Source: Glycera tridactyla
Lineage: Eukaryota
Direction of reading: 5' to 3'
Assembly: GCA_965644265.1 (NCBI GenBank)
Contig: OZ286462.1
Coordinates: 23,436,001 to 23,500,000, forward strand
Length of the DNA stretch: 64,000 nt
Positions 39,656 through 52,236 of the stretch are shown piece after piece. Positions within the stretch are counted from its first letter, which is position 1; each line of letters opens with the position of its first letter. The notes below the pieces were generated by a model, which was not told the origin of the DNA, searched no databases, and saw nothing but the letters and a program-made list of their open reading frames with translations. Position numbers and translations under genes: made by a program.

Positions 39656-40635
39656 TCCTGATACACTGATATAACTTGTAAAAAGTATATGTCCATCATA
39701 AAAATTCTGAGCATAAATGTTTCAATATCTCAAGAAGAGTATTTTTGTATCACTGAGCAATACTGATTGGGGATTATTTTCATCTCTGGGTTTATTGCTG
39801 CCAATAGGTGGATAAAGGCAGTTAGGGCAGGAGTCTATGTGATCATGAATTGTAGGACTGATGTTCAAATGTAATGGACAGAGTGTGCAATAAAAATTTC
39901 TTATTCATATCCTTATTATTATCCTGTATTTGCTACATCCACACTGGCTTCTCCATAATAGCGAGGAAGTGTGCCGCAATTTCTCTTGACATCAAAAAGA
40001 CCTATATGCATCATAAAACATCACCCCCTATATGAGATTGCGGGAGATTTTTGGATTGATCCCTACTGAAATCAAATGCATGGGCCTCTCAATATATCCC
40101 ATGTGATTCTGACAAAAAGAGAATCAACAAACCTGCCACATGCAGATTTGTTGTGTAACAATGCTGAAATGAATGACTGAAGAATGATGGATGATGTATA
40201 AATGGACTATTAGATTGATGGATGTGCCATTCGATGAGATCTTCTCCGATAATCTGAGCGAGTCGATGAGCGAATGTGTGAGCACCGGTAACATGACGAC
40301 ATCCATCATGGTATTCATCATGACGCCCGGCATCTGCCATTATTGACCCGAGTCAATTTCACAAAACCGACCCAGTACCAAGACCCTTTCATGAGGGAGG
40401 GGGTGGGTTCATTGAGAAACCCGTGACTTGGTACTATGCTCGTCATGACTGACTGTGAGATGTGCCATACCCTGGGCTAGTTGGGGCTCGTGAGGGTGGG
40501 GGACGGGGTGGATGTTGAAATAGGCCCCCAGGAATATTATCCGCCAGCTTGATCAGCATTAATGTCAATCAATAAATACACTATGTCATGCCCGAATAAT
40601 CTCCCCACCATGCATTAGGCTACGGATAGCCTGTA

Positions 40636-40640
40636 TGTGT

Positions 40641-40713
<73 letters not shown>
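40636..40713. repeat. (TG)n microsatellite
   Basis: Direct reading. Confidence 0.98.
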
Positions 40714-40718
<5 letters not shown>

Positions 40719-40854
40719 ATGTGCTTGTCCATGTGCGTGTGGTGTGTGGGTATATCAGAAAATGGGGATGCAGTTGAACTTGTCCCAAATAAGTCTCATA
40801 CTATGCAAGAACTTGCGCTGAGCAAAAGGATTGCATTCATCCCTCCAGGGTATT

Positions 40855-41215
40855 TTCGACTATATTTGACCTGTATTGAGCGTAGACTCCATCATGTCCC
40901 TCAGCTTCATGCTTGGAGCAAGTTTAACTGTATTTGGTAGGATTCAAACAAACGCACTCAATTATATGACCTCCCACAGCAGTGGTACAAAGAAATAAGA
41001 CTGCTTAATCTACCAGACGACCTGCTTGAAATATAGATGAAGCACTTGGAAGCAGCTCAACTAGCCAGTGATCTCATGACCTCAACTACCGAACTAAGAA
41101 AAAATGGGTTCACAAAGAACATGGAATCAACTGGGATGTTCTCCAACATCCAACTAGCAAAATCCAATTTAGCAAAAGAGCAATATCACTGGATCAAAAA
41201 ACTCCTGCCACAATG
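40855..41215 (+). mobile_element. Highly degraded LINE RT C-terminal fragment
   Basis: RPVLSVDSIM...LTVFGRIQTNAL resembles the post-RT RPxLEYA...RIQxRAL segment. Several stops present. Confidence 0.4.
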
Positions 41216-43894
41216 AATGAAATCCAATGAAATCAAAACACATTCTATCACATGCAAGTACATGTATATGAATGGCAAATTTTAAACTTTCCTTATTGAT
41301 CCCCAAATCAAAAAAATATCACTATATTTCATGTGACCATGGGTGGTCTTTGTACACAGGTTCATTTGTAGTACATAAAGTTCATAACTCAAAATATGAA
41401 TATACAGGGAAAGCTCTGTACTATGTCCTGACTTCAGGGTAGGCTCTCTGAACTATAGACTAAAGACTGGAGATATTCATGTTTGAATAAATCTCAGGAC
41501 ACATTTCCTGTATTTTTTTCACACCTGTTAATACCTCATAAAGTAATTTCAGACATCATAAATCCATCCAATCTGACTGGTTTATTTTCCAGCTTGACTC
41601 TTCTTCACCAACTTTGTGAGCACAGACCGGAAAAAATTATTTCATATATCCAATACACACCAAGAAAGACATTTTCCGGTGAACAAAATCATATTCAATG
41701 CTGGCATTGTTTGGTGTCCATTCATCAAAATATCAAGACTCCTAAGTGGTTGCTATGGTTTCATGAGGAATTGTGAGCAACCATGGATACCTCCTTCCAT
41801 GCTGAGAAGATGTGAATAGAAAAGACCCTTGTCCAGAAATGGAACCTTCTATGGAGGACCACACTAAATGATGACAAAATGTGGTCTTTCAAAACAGGTG
41901 GCCTCTAGTCACAGGTGTGATAGACGATGTCAAATAGAAAAGTTGCTGGTGAAAAGCTGTCTTTCAACACAGGCATTTTCTTGTTATGGGTTCTACTGTC
42001 GCAGATCTACTGTTCATAGCTCAGATACTGAGCAAGCTGTCCGTTGTCAAAATATAAGCGGTCAGACTTTATGTGCAAATATTTTCATAGATTAGGAGAC
42101 TGGTCAAATGGATAAATATGATAGTATATAGTCATGCTATAGTCGTATCTGGAAGATGACACAAATAGTGCAGAGAACTGGTCAGATAGGGTTTTTATCA
42201 GATCATCCATACTGAGGTTTGAATATCATTTGTCCATATTTCAAGATATTTGATTAACATATGCAGCTCATATATTCAATATCTACAGCAATAACACTGT
42301 TTGGACCACTATTTGAACAGTTGTGGCCTGCATATTTCAGGAACTCAAATAATAAATGAAGTGATATCTGACAGGCATTCACCATGCTGAAATAACCAAG
42401 CCAATTCACCTGTTCCGATGTATCTACACTATTGCAATATTCAAAATCACATTTCTTTATGTTTTGGACAAGCACAAGTCCACAGCATGGTGGATATTTC
42501 ACACTAGATTGCAGATGTCTGAATGCATACCGTGAAATGAAATGAAGGTTGCTCAATCTCAATCTGGATCTCAATCAGCCAGCTTGGACAATGATCAATT
42601 ACAGCTAACGATCAGTTGAATGTGACAAATTGACCAAGCATGGATCGCAGATGTCCATATAATCAAGTCAATCTATAGAAGGTCTGAGAATATTACTATG
42701 ATAGTGAAGACTTGAAGCCAATATCTATGATTGCAAAACTCATCATTTAACAACAATGATGAATTCCAAATGAACTATTCTTGCTATGATAAGGAGCGTT
42801 TGTAATGGAATCATCATTGCACGGATGCTATCTTACGTGAGCAGTAATCAATAAGTAATTTATGAGCATGCCCAAACCAAATTAAGCAATCCAATTTCTG
42901 CTATAAACTAGGAAATTGCACGTATTATATATGACTATTATTAATCATCAGACCATACGACTCAATTACTAGTTGCTTGCTGGGTTCATGTAATCAATTT
43001 CTATTTCTAATGTACCAATTCCCACACATGAGAATCAATTTTGAGAATTTAGGGACTCATTGCGGGATTCTTTTTTTTTTGCGCAATGGCAAATTGCCTT
43101 ATTTTCATTCATGCACATTGTCACCAGGAAATGCAGTACATTTGTATATACCAATAAGAGTAATTTCTTGATTCAGCATGGATATATCACAGCAAAATAT
43201 GGCACCAGGCAAAAGTTGACTTTCAGCATATTTGCATATGTGCAAAATCGGCAAACTATTTTTTGACAGAGGTATACAACAAGAAAATTGAAGGTAAAGT
43301 GAAGAGGACAGATTCTTCAAATAGTTCAGTTCCTGTTCAGGTATAAAGTCAGACCTGTGATGAGGAATACCCAAAACATCACCGCAAGAGGTCTGCAATA
43401 TGTGCGGTCTCTTGGTGGAGACCAAATAGACGGTTCTATCAAAGTGATCTCCTGTCAGAGGTGGTCAATCATCAGCATCATTCTTCGCAGGTTTTACTGT
43501 ATTCATCTGTGGTCTTCAGCACTGCAGACCCAGGTAGTGCTTCAGTTGTATCACATGACAGAATATCTAACCAAGCAGCTAAGGCCTGAATGAGTGTCAC
43601 TAGCCCACTAACAAATTATAAAGTTGTCTCTATTATAACCAGGGTAATTCAGACAATTGGCAGTAGCCCCTCACATTAGCAGGTTTGTTTTTGTGTTTGC
43701 TTGGTTGTTTGTTTGATGTTTAACAGCATGTATCAAACCAGAGGATTATGTATCCTGCGTCTTCCTAGACAATGAAAGCTAGATATTTCCTTTCCTGCTC
43801 ACATCACTCTCATAAACCCTGAACACAAGATGAAAGGTTGCCAAGTGGAAGTAGACAATAGACATACTTTTATTTAATTTCAGGATAGCTGACC

Positions 43895-44050
43895 ACAATA
43901 TCAGGGGCATCCCCATATATGAAAGTGGACCCCCTCTCTTTTGCCAGGATAATCCCCATATTTGGTAGTGGCCCCCTCTCTCCTATACCAAGGTAATCCC
44001 CATATCTGGACATGGTTCTCTTACCTAAACGAAGGTAATCGCCATATGCC
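43895..44050. repeat. Diverged ~45-bp tandem repeat, ~4 copies
   Basis: GGTAATCCCCATAT-like core recurs four times. Confidence 0.7.
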
Positions 44051-46512
44051 AGAGATGCAACTAAATCCCAGTGGATGGTGGAGTGGGCGGGAGGGTATAT
44101 CATGACTGCAGGCATATTCTATGCAATCATTCTCCTAATTTCTCATCCTATTCTTGAAATGTCACTGATGATACCTGTGCAGCCAAATATAGGTATATCT
44201 TGGTATTTTGGGATATGAAGTGACATGATGTGTCGGGAATAGAACCATCCACCCACAATGTTATTCAATCTTGCTGCTGAATCAGTATTTTCATCAAAGT
44301 AGATGTATCGCAGCTAAATATAGATCCAAAGGGGAGCAGACCTTCAATGATCCCCATGGAAAAAGGTGACCATGATCAGATACATCTTATCCTTCATATC
44401 ATTACCGTCACCAGAATCCAAGGGTTTTCTTTAACCATTTTCAAATGAATGTGTTTTTCATGTCTTGTCCATGGAATATAACACAGAATTTCCTATGCCA
44501 ACCAGTGATAGCAAATGACCGGTACAGATATTCCAGCAATCCTACCAGAAATCGTGGGTACATTTGGCTCTGTGATGTTCAAGCATCTGAATTCAAACTG
44601 GGAGTAGGATAGTCAGTACATGCTAGTCCCAGATTCAAACTTTTAACCCTTGCCAGACCTACCAGACCTCCTTCATTCACAGCTGATTTGCTGGGAAACA
44701 GTCTGAAGAAGTATGGGTCAGCGGCAAAAAGAAAAAGAATACAGAGCACTACAACAATGGTGACTAAATCTCACTCTTATCCTGAATATAATTATTAGGG
44801 GTAGGGAATGCATTCTTCCTACAAGAAAACCTGTGACATTTACTGTTGAATCGTGCAAGTGACGGCAGTTTCAACGGTGATGTTTCTGGGCAATGGTGGT
44901 GGTTCACATTGGAGCAAGGGTGGAGTCAGGTTGGATTTTCATTTTTGTTTTCATCAGTCTCCTTGAATTTCAATACCGCAAGACAGGATTGCTTGTTTAC
45001 CGAGCAATGATAGAAAAGCCTTATCGGGGAACTGCTTGTTTTTCACACGAGATTGCTCATTGCAGACTCAGCCTGATTGTCAAATCTAGCACATCTTCTA
45101 TTTCCAGATAGTGAACACTCAGCATATCACCCTGACAATAGATTCCTTAGTCAATGATGAACCAAGATCCTACTATTCTACTTTTTAATGTATTCTTTCT
45201 TGCAATTATCCATTCCAGGGGGGAGTATGGAGCACAATTTGTAAGAATGTGACTTTTTTCAACTAAAATGAATGCCTGTGTGAGAACATGAATCATTAAT
45301 TGGTACTACCATCCCATGGAAGCCCCATCTTATAAGATGAGATTTTATTTGTCTGCTGTGATCATTCATTTTGCTTAGGTGAATTGTTAGCCTGGGCTGC
45401 CTTGTAACATGGCCTATGGCCATTACATACATACAGTGAGACCTTTCAGAGCAATTCTTACAATCAATAGGCTATTGCAAAGAATCTGAGAGTGGCATCC
45501 ATATATGATGCTCAGCGCTGCTGGTGTGGGATTCCTCACCCTACCATGGGAAGTAGGTAATGAATATTGATGATTTACCACCTCCATCCCATCCACCTGC
45601 TGGCCGGCGATCAACAGCTGGCAGGCCATCTCACTCTGCATCCCGAATGCCACCAATGATGCTGAATAATGCATCTCTGGGCAACCACTCATCATCAATA
45701 GATGCAGGTGCCACACCCACGCCATCTTAGTTGGACCCGGAGACAGATCATTCCGAGTTCATATCAAATTTTGGACTTCAACCCAGGTCATCGATACAAT
45801 AGGGTGAAACCATGATGGAAGAACCTCTGAAGACAGACCACCTCTGATGGAAGACCGCTTATCACAGACAGGTTGTGGGGAAGTTGTTCACTGTATGAAG
45901 TACTGTTGTGGTCATGAGCCTGGAAAGTATTTGTGGGCGGGTGGCCTTTGTATAGATAAAGGCAATCACTCAAAAAGATTCAACTGCATCCTTACATCCT
46001 GAGTCAAATCAACTCAGTGTGTGCAATCGGAAGAGGCCTAATATAAGGATTCAGTCAAGGATATGTTGAATAATTGGAAAAACCTTCCTGTACAGCACTG
46101 TCCTGCACTGGGTCAGGGTTGGTGGGAAAGAGGATTTTAATGTCAGCAGGTAGATTTCAATATTTATCTATTATACCATGATGGCCAGTGGATGGCTGCT
46201 GTTGGACTATAAAGACTATCATCGCTCCTTAAGAATGTGTTTGAGGCAGAAGCTTGAAAGGCTGGTTAAGAAAATTAATTGTAATACTAGGTACTTTGTA
46301 ATGAGAGATGAGAGTATAAACACTCCTTCCAGCAGTCATGTGGCCTTCTAACCTAAGCACATATTTAACGCCAATAAGGGTGAGCTGGCACTCTGGCATT
46401 CAGTGGTTAGGTATAAACCACTTGTACGGAATTTGAAACATGCAGTATAAGAGGTGAGCATAATTATGGTCTTATCCAGAATCCAATCAGTGTAGCAAGG
46501 GCTACTATATCA

Positions 46513-46608
46513 GGGAATGAACAATGATGGCCCGGGAGCTGCTATTTTATGCAATGAACAATGATGGCTCGAGAGCTACTATTTCATGGAATGAACAATG
46601 ATGGCTTG
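46513..46608. repeat. ~39-bp tandem repeat (2.5 copies) abutting the LINE 5' junction
   Basis: AATGAACAATGATGGC occurs three times. Confidence 0.85.
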
Positions 46609-46609
46609 A

Positions 46610-49609
46610 TCTCAATCAGTACCCGTAGATATTGAAATCACTTCTATAATTGCGGACATCAAAATCATTTCCAAAATTTCGGATGGACACCATGGAAGAG
46701 ACATTACTTGTGATGGGGATGTCGAAAAAAATCCAGGACCTTGTGACACATCAAGTCTAGGTGATGTCTTAAGAAGCAAAGGAATAACCTTGGGGCACTT
46801 GAACATCAGAAGTCTGTTGCCACATTTGGATGATGTCAAGATAATGCTCTCGCAGTCAGATATTGATATCCTAACGCTGTCTGAAACTTGGTTGAAGTCA
46901 AACATAATTGATGCCGAATTGATAATTCCAGGTTATAATCTCTACAGATGTGACAGGGATTCTTCTATTGGAAGTGGAAGGGGGGGTGGAGTTGGAATAT
47001 ATGTCAAGTCAAAATACAATGTGACCTTTCATGACAACATGTGTATCTCGCTGCCGGACCTAGAAACAGCCTGGATAGAACTGAAACTACCATCTACTAG
47101 GAAGATTTTTGTAGGCTCTTGCTATAGACCTCCATCTGGTAATGTCACAAATGCTGTCAGTCTATTGAAAAATTGTATATCAAAATTTGGTACGAGGGCC
47201 GAAATTCATGTGTATGGAGATTTCAACATAGATTGGAATAAGAAAAACGACTATGGGTATAAAAGGTTAAAGTGTATGTCCGATGAATTTGGTTTATTGC
47301 AGTACATCAAGGGGAACACACGAGTTTCCGAGAACTTATCTACATGTATTGATCTCCTTTTTTGCAACCGACCAGAAGTCTGTCTCAACAGTCATATTGT
47401 TCCAGTTGGCATCAGTGATCATGAACTTGTAGTTCTTGCCAGAAAGTTGGTAAAATGTCATGGAACAGTGAGCAAAATTTGGGCTAGAAGTTTCCGGCGT
47501 TTTGATGAACAGGCATTTTTGAATGATTTAAGAAATACATCTTTCCGCGAAATTTGGTTAATGTCAGATGTGAATATAGCTTGGGATTTCTTCCAAAGTG
47601 TGTTTATTACTATTTTGGACCTACATGCTCCTTATAAGTGGATGCAGTTCAGAGAAAAGAAATGCAACTGGATCACTGCCGAGTATATATCACTAATCCA
47701 TGACAGAGAATATTTCAGACGCAGGGCCAATAGAAATAGAACTCCAGACAACCTTGATAGAGCAAAATCAGTCAGGAACCAGGCCAATATACTGAGAAAG
47801 CACTTGAAGAAACAGTATATCTCTTCTGCAATCTCTGAAAACAAGAACAACCCCACAAATCTTTGGAAAATACTGAAAAATTTGGTTCCAACTTCTGGTT
47901 CGACTCAATCTTTACCATGTGAAATAAATGGAAAATCAGATTTATTCGACTGTGCTCAGGAGCTCAACGAGAAGTTTGCTAATGTGGGACCAATTCTGGC
48001 AAGTAAAATAGTTCCTCCAGTTGATTTTATAGATGATAGAATAGAAGCGGCACCAGAGAGATTCAATTTTTCTGCTATATCCAGCAAATTTGTTGAAGAT
48101 GAATTGAAGCAGATCCCTACCAACAAAGCAACTGGACTTGATGGTATCAATGCTCGAATCCTAAAAATATCCTCCGAGATCATAGCACCAATTATGGCCA
48201 GGATATTCAACCTGAGTATTGAAACAAACTCATTCCCAAACTCTTTTAAGATAGCGAAGATAACTGCATTACATAAGAGTGGATCAACTAGTGACCCGAA
48301 TAACTATAGACCTATTTCGATTTTGCCTGTTTGTAGTAAGATTCTAGAACGAGCAGCACAAAAGCAAGTCATGGAATTTGTTTCTAGAAATAATCTCTTG
48401 GTAGAACACCAGTCAGGTTTCAGAAAATACCACTCGACATCTACTTGTCTCATATCATTTTTGGAAAAAATATATGACAATATCGACAAAGGTAAAATAA
48501 CTGGAATTGTTTTTCTTGACTTTCGAAAAGCTTTCGATACGGTGGATCATTTGAGGATGTTGGAGAAATTGTCAAAAATGGGGTTTGGTGAAAATGCTGT
48601 GTGCTGGTTCAGAAGTTACTTGTCCAATAGGTATCAACAAACAGCATGGGGAAGTGTTCTATCCAATGCTGAGTTGGTCAGATGTGGGGTGCCACAAGGC
48701 TCGATTCTGGGACCGATGATGTTTGTATTATACATTAATGATTTGACAAAATATCTTGAGTATTGTACCCCATCGCTATACGCAGATGATACTGCATTAT
48801 TGTGCCAATCTACTAACATGTCTGAACTAGAGTGTTATATGCAATCTGATCTGGGTGTGGTTGAAGACTGGCTGGCCATGAACAAACTGTCTTTAAATGT
48901 ATCAAAAACAAAGAGTATGGTCATCACCACTAACAGACGAAATATGCAAATTGTGGACCTGCATTTATATATGAATCAACAAATGATTGAATCAGTTCAA
49001 GAATTCAAGTATCTGGGTGTTATTTTGGATATCAGACTAGATTTTTGCAAGCACGTTGATAACACCTGTAACAAAGTCAAACAACGTCTAGGTGCCTTAG
49101 CCAGGGCAAGACCATACCTAGATCAGAATATATCCTTACAATTATATAAGTCTCTGGTGCTCCCGATTATTGAATACTGTGGATTGCTCCTTCTTGGTAC
49201 TTCAGTAGAGAATGTGATGAAGTTGCAAGTTTGTCAGAATAGAGGGTGTAGAATCATTTTATTACGCAAACTGGGAGATAGCACAGCAGAAATGCATCAA
49301 ATACTAGAGCTACCAAAGATTATTGACAGATTCAAGTATCAGGCAGCTTGTCTAATCTTCAAGAGTAAAAATGACATGTGTCCACAGTACATTGGAAATA
49401 TTTTTAGACCAGTTAATACAGTGCATAGATATAATACTACGTCATCCAGTGGCCAAAACCTATATTTAACAAATAGGAGGTTAGGGATTAGTACCAGAGC
49501 TTTTAGCTATCAGGGTGCCAAGGTCTGGAATAATCTCAACGTAGAATGTAAAGAGGCACCTACTATTGGATCCTTCAAGCGACTGGTCAAGGAACAGCTT
49601 TTTCCATGA
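46610..49609 (+). CDS. LINE ORF2: 2A-like peptide, apurinic endonuclease and reverse transcriptase
   Basis: Frame open from 46610 (TGA at 46607). APE motifs GHLNIRSL, LSETWL, GSCYRPP, GDFNID, SDHELV. RT motifs NYRPISIL, FLDFRKAFDTVDH, GVPQGSILGP, YADDT, KYLGVILD. No internal stops. Confidence 0.95.
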   Translation, partial: SQSVPVDIEITSIIADIKIISKISDGHHGRDITCDGDVEKNPGPCDTSSLGDVLRSKGITLGHLNIRSLLPHLDDVKIMLSQSDIDILTLSETWLKSNIIDAELIIPGYNLYRCDRDSSIGSGRGGGVGIYVKSKYNVTFHDNMCISLPDLETAWIELKLPSTRKIFVGSCYRPPSGNVTNAVSLLKNCISKFGTRAEIHVYGDFNIDWNKKNDYGYKRLKCMSDEFGLLQYIKGNTRVSENLSTCIDLLFCNRPEVCLNSHIVPVGISDHELVVLARKLVKCHGTVSKIWARSFRRFDEQAFLNDLRNTSFREIWLMSDVNIAWDFFQSVFITILDLHAPYKWMQFREKKCNWITAEYISLIHDREYFRRRANRNRTPDNLDRAKSVRNQANILRKHLKKQYISSAISENKNNPTNLWKILKNLVPTSGSTQSLPCEINGKSDLFDCAQELNEKFANVGPILASKIVPPVDFIDDRIEAAPERFNFSAISSKFVEDELKQIPTNKATGLDGINARILKISSEIIAPIMARIFNLSIETNSFPNSFKIAKITALHKSGSTSDPNNYRPISILPVCSKILERAAQKQVMEFVSRNNLLVEHQSGFRKYHSTSTCLISFLEKIYDNIDKGKITGIVFLDFRKAFDTVDHLRMLEKLSKMGFGENAVCWFRSYLSNRYQQTAWGSVLSNAELVRCGVPQGSILGPMMFVLYINDLTKYLEYCTPSLYADDTALLCQSTNMSELECYMQSDLGVVEDWLAMNKLSLNVSKTKSMVITTNRRNMQIVDLHLYMNQQMIESVQEFKYLGVILDIRLDFCKHVDNTCNKVKQRLGALARARPYLDQNISLQLYKSLVLPIIEYCGLLLLGTSVENVMKLQVCQNRGCRIILLRKLGDSTAEMHQILELPKIIDRFKYQAACLIFKSKNDMCPQYIGNIFRPVNTVHRYNTTSSSGQNLYLTNRRLGISTRAFSYQGAKVWNNLNVECKEAPTIGSFKRLVKEQLFP

Positions 49610-49892
49610 ATGAGTCAGTAGTAGAGTATCAATACTGAGTCCATCTGCTGTGTTGAGTATAACGTCTGAGATAGTAAGTAACAAAAGCATGTGCATGATT
49701 GTTCTTATGATATTTTATTATTGCATGAGTTGTCTCTTCCAGGTGTACATTTTATATTATGTTTACTAGCGATAATGCATGTCAGGAAACAGGGTGTCAC
49801 ATGACATCGGGTTCTTACACTTGTGTATACTTGTAGTGCCATACCTGTATAATGAACTGTCAAATAAATAAATAAATAAATAAATAAATAAA
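46618..49892 (+). mobile_element. Non-LTR retrotransposon (CR1/L2 group LINE), 5'-truncated, intact ORF2, 3' UTR and (AAAT)n tail
   Basis: APE-RT ORF, ~250 nt 3' UTR, (AAAT)n tail at 49862-49892. Flanks atctcaatc (46609-46617) and atctcattc after the tail form a possible imperfect TSD. Confidence 0.93.
46682..46741 (+). other. 2A/StopGo ribosomal-skipping motif DGHHGRDITCDGDVEKNPG|P
   Basis: Manual in-frame translation upstream of the ORF-track start gives an exact D-V-E-x-N-P-G-P consensus at 46718-46741. The final Pro lies 17 codons before the TTG (46790) that begins LGHLNIRS of the endonuclease. Confidence 0.85.
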
Positions 49893-50212
49893 TCTCATTC
49901 TCAATCTCAATCTCACACTGGTGGGAATGTGATCTTTCTTCAAGAAAACACGTGACATTTACTGAGATGGTTAGATCCTCCTAGTGACAGCAGCGACGGC
50001 GTTCCGAGGTCGTACATCAGCAAGCGCCCCGTCGTATATCAGAGCGCCACCGAAGCATTATCGCTGCAACCTGCATCCCACCTCCGCCCATCCATCTCCA
50101 TTAAACGCTGCTATCTAATTATCAGAGATAATGCACTAAGCTTCATTGCGCTGACAAATAATAGTGGTTACAACCGACTCAAATTTGAGATCTTTGTGAT
50201 AAAATTGAAATA

Positions 50213-50397
50213 TAGTGGAACCTGTAATATGAGACCCTTCTAACGGGAGACTCCCTCCACCAGGAGACTCCCTCCACTGGGAGACTGCTTTCTCGTGGCC
50301 AATTTTCTTTTGGACATATACATCTGATAAGGAACCACCTGTTTTGAGAGACTGCATTTGGGTAACATTTAAAGTTGCCTTGTCACAGGATTCACTG
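50213..50397. mobile_element. MITE, family A-like (opposite orientation)
   Basis: TA|TAGTGGAACCTG...CAGGATTCACTG|TA with GGAGAC subrepeats. Confidence 0.65.
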
Positions 50398-52204
50398 TAT
50401 TTTCAGGATTTAAACCCTTTCTTGAGTGTTGGGGATAAAGCAATTTATTACGACTATCATATAAGTGTCAAGAAATGCAGAATTATGTCCCTCAGTGGAA
50501 TAGACTGAGAAAGGCATTCAGGATCGGAATCCATTAGTCCATTCAAAGATGCTATAGGTGCACTAAATACATGTTTTCCCAGATACCCTGGGCAATTGGG
50601 AGCTCTGAGCTCATATCCTCAGCTCTCACTTTACCGGTGAAATGGATCCATGGAGACTGAGGTACAACCATATTCCATTCTGCTGATTATGCTCTCAGAA
50701 GATTGGATTGCTCTCTTGGTTTCTAAATCTAAACATAGCGGATTCTAGTCATGGAGTGTCTTCATTCAAAGCCCTGATTGCGAATTTGAGCTCAAGTGGA
50801 TCATCCGCCTCAAGCTAAAGTCTGTCCAATTGTGACGGCTATGTTTTTCAAACTAACATCACAAATTTGCATCAGATTGTAATGAGAGTCAGGGACAGAT
50901 TTTATCTACATCTCCGGCGACTCAAAATGTGGTAACGATGAAGTTTATCCACTTCACCTCAGCACCGAAAAAAATGTAGAATAAATGCTTGTTTCGCTGC
51001 AAGTGCAGTGCCTGTATCTCCATTGTTTCACATACTAAAATTTGGTGATACTGCCAGCGATTCGTCATTGAAATTCAATAAAATGAGAGTATGTCCTCTT
51101 CAAAGGTATGCATTGTATTCAAGTTCAACGATTGCTGAAAGACCTAAACAATCAACTCATGTTATTGAAACTCAAATTGGACAAAAAATGGTGAATTTAG
51201 AGTGTGTAACATACCCACCACGTTTGGATTTGAGAGTTTATGAACAGCCAGAGTGTCCTAATTCTACTGCACACCAACACATGTTTGCTGTTCCATCACT
51301 TCTTCATACTCTACACACTTGTCTAAATATTTATCTCAATATTTTTCAAGACTCACTGAATACTGCATGATGTGCTAATATCATTCAAAACAAATAATTC
51401 CAATAGATAACTATTCTGGATGGGATGATTTACTCATGAAATATCCCATAAAGTGATGTGACAATAGACTCAATAATGACTAACATGATGGATTCTGTAA
51501 TTGCCTCAGTGATAATTGCCAGAGTAATAACCGACATTACAGCAGGGAATGGGAAAATGGTCTTGGGAATCATTTATAGCATGAATGGGAATAACGTCTA
51601 AATAATCAATTATATCAGCGGCAGAATTGGTCAATATTGCCGCAGAATAGGTGCTAGGCCATCTGTGACAGCTAGTGTGCGAGATGCTATGGAAGGAATC
51701 GAGAGGGGTTGGATGATGATGATGACAGTGGGGGGGAGTGTGTATGCTGGGAGGGGGGTTTGGAGGGCCGGTAAGCACATGCCCTCAAAGCCTCAACTGG
51801 CCAGTCAGTGTACATGCTAAAATGCTATTTATCGTCTAACATGGGTGACATTGGCTGATCCTAGGATCAATACTGAGATGGGGGGGGGGGAGGAGGGGAG
51901 AGTGAGTGTAAATGATGCGGGTGCACACGCATGCATGCTGGGCCTCATTATGAGAAACGCAACACATGGCCACCTCCCAGGTTCCATTCACCAAGGGACA
52001 GGATGGAGAAGCAACCCTAGCAAATGTGACTCAGTATCGAAACAAGATGGTCCCACATTATGTTGATGCCATAAACAGGAAGTAGTGATTATTGGATGAA
52101 AATACCACATCCTATGAGATGAGTTTGCATTGCGTTTTCATGAGGCCGAAGGTCAAGTAATTCCATTTGGTGCCATAATCATGTTTGCCTCTCGTATGAG
52201 GTGG

Positions 52205-52236
<32 letters not shown>

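Noticed and set aside
44300-44400. GLLPFGSIF resembling a TM9SF motif
   Set aside because: Flanking residues do not match and stops are nearby; probably chance.
46612-48819. Minus-strand ORFs overlapping the LINE
   Set aside because: Antisense shadows of the ORF2 coding sequence.
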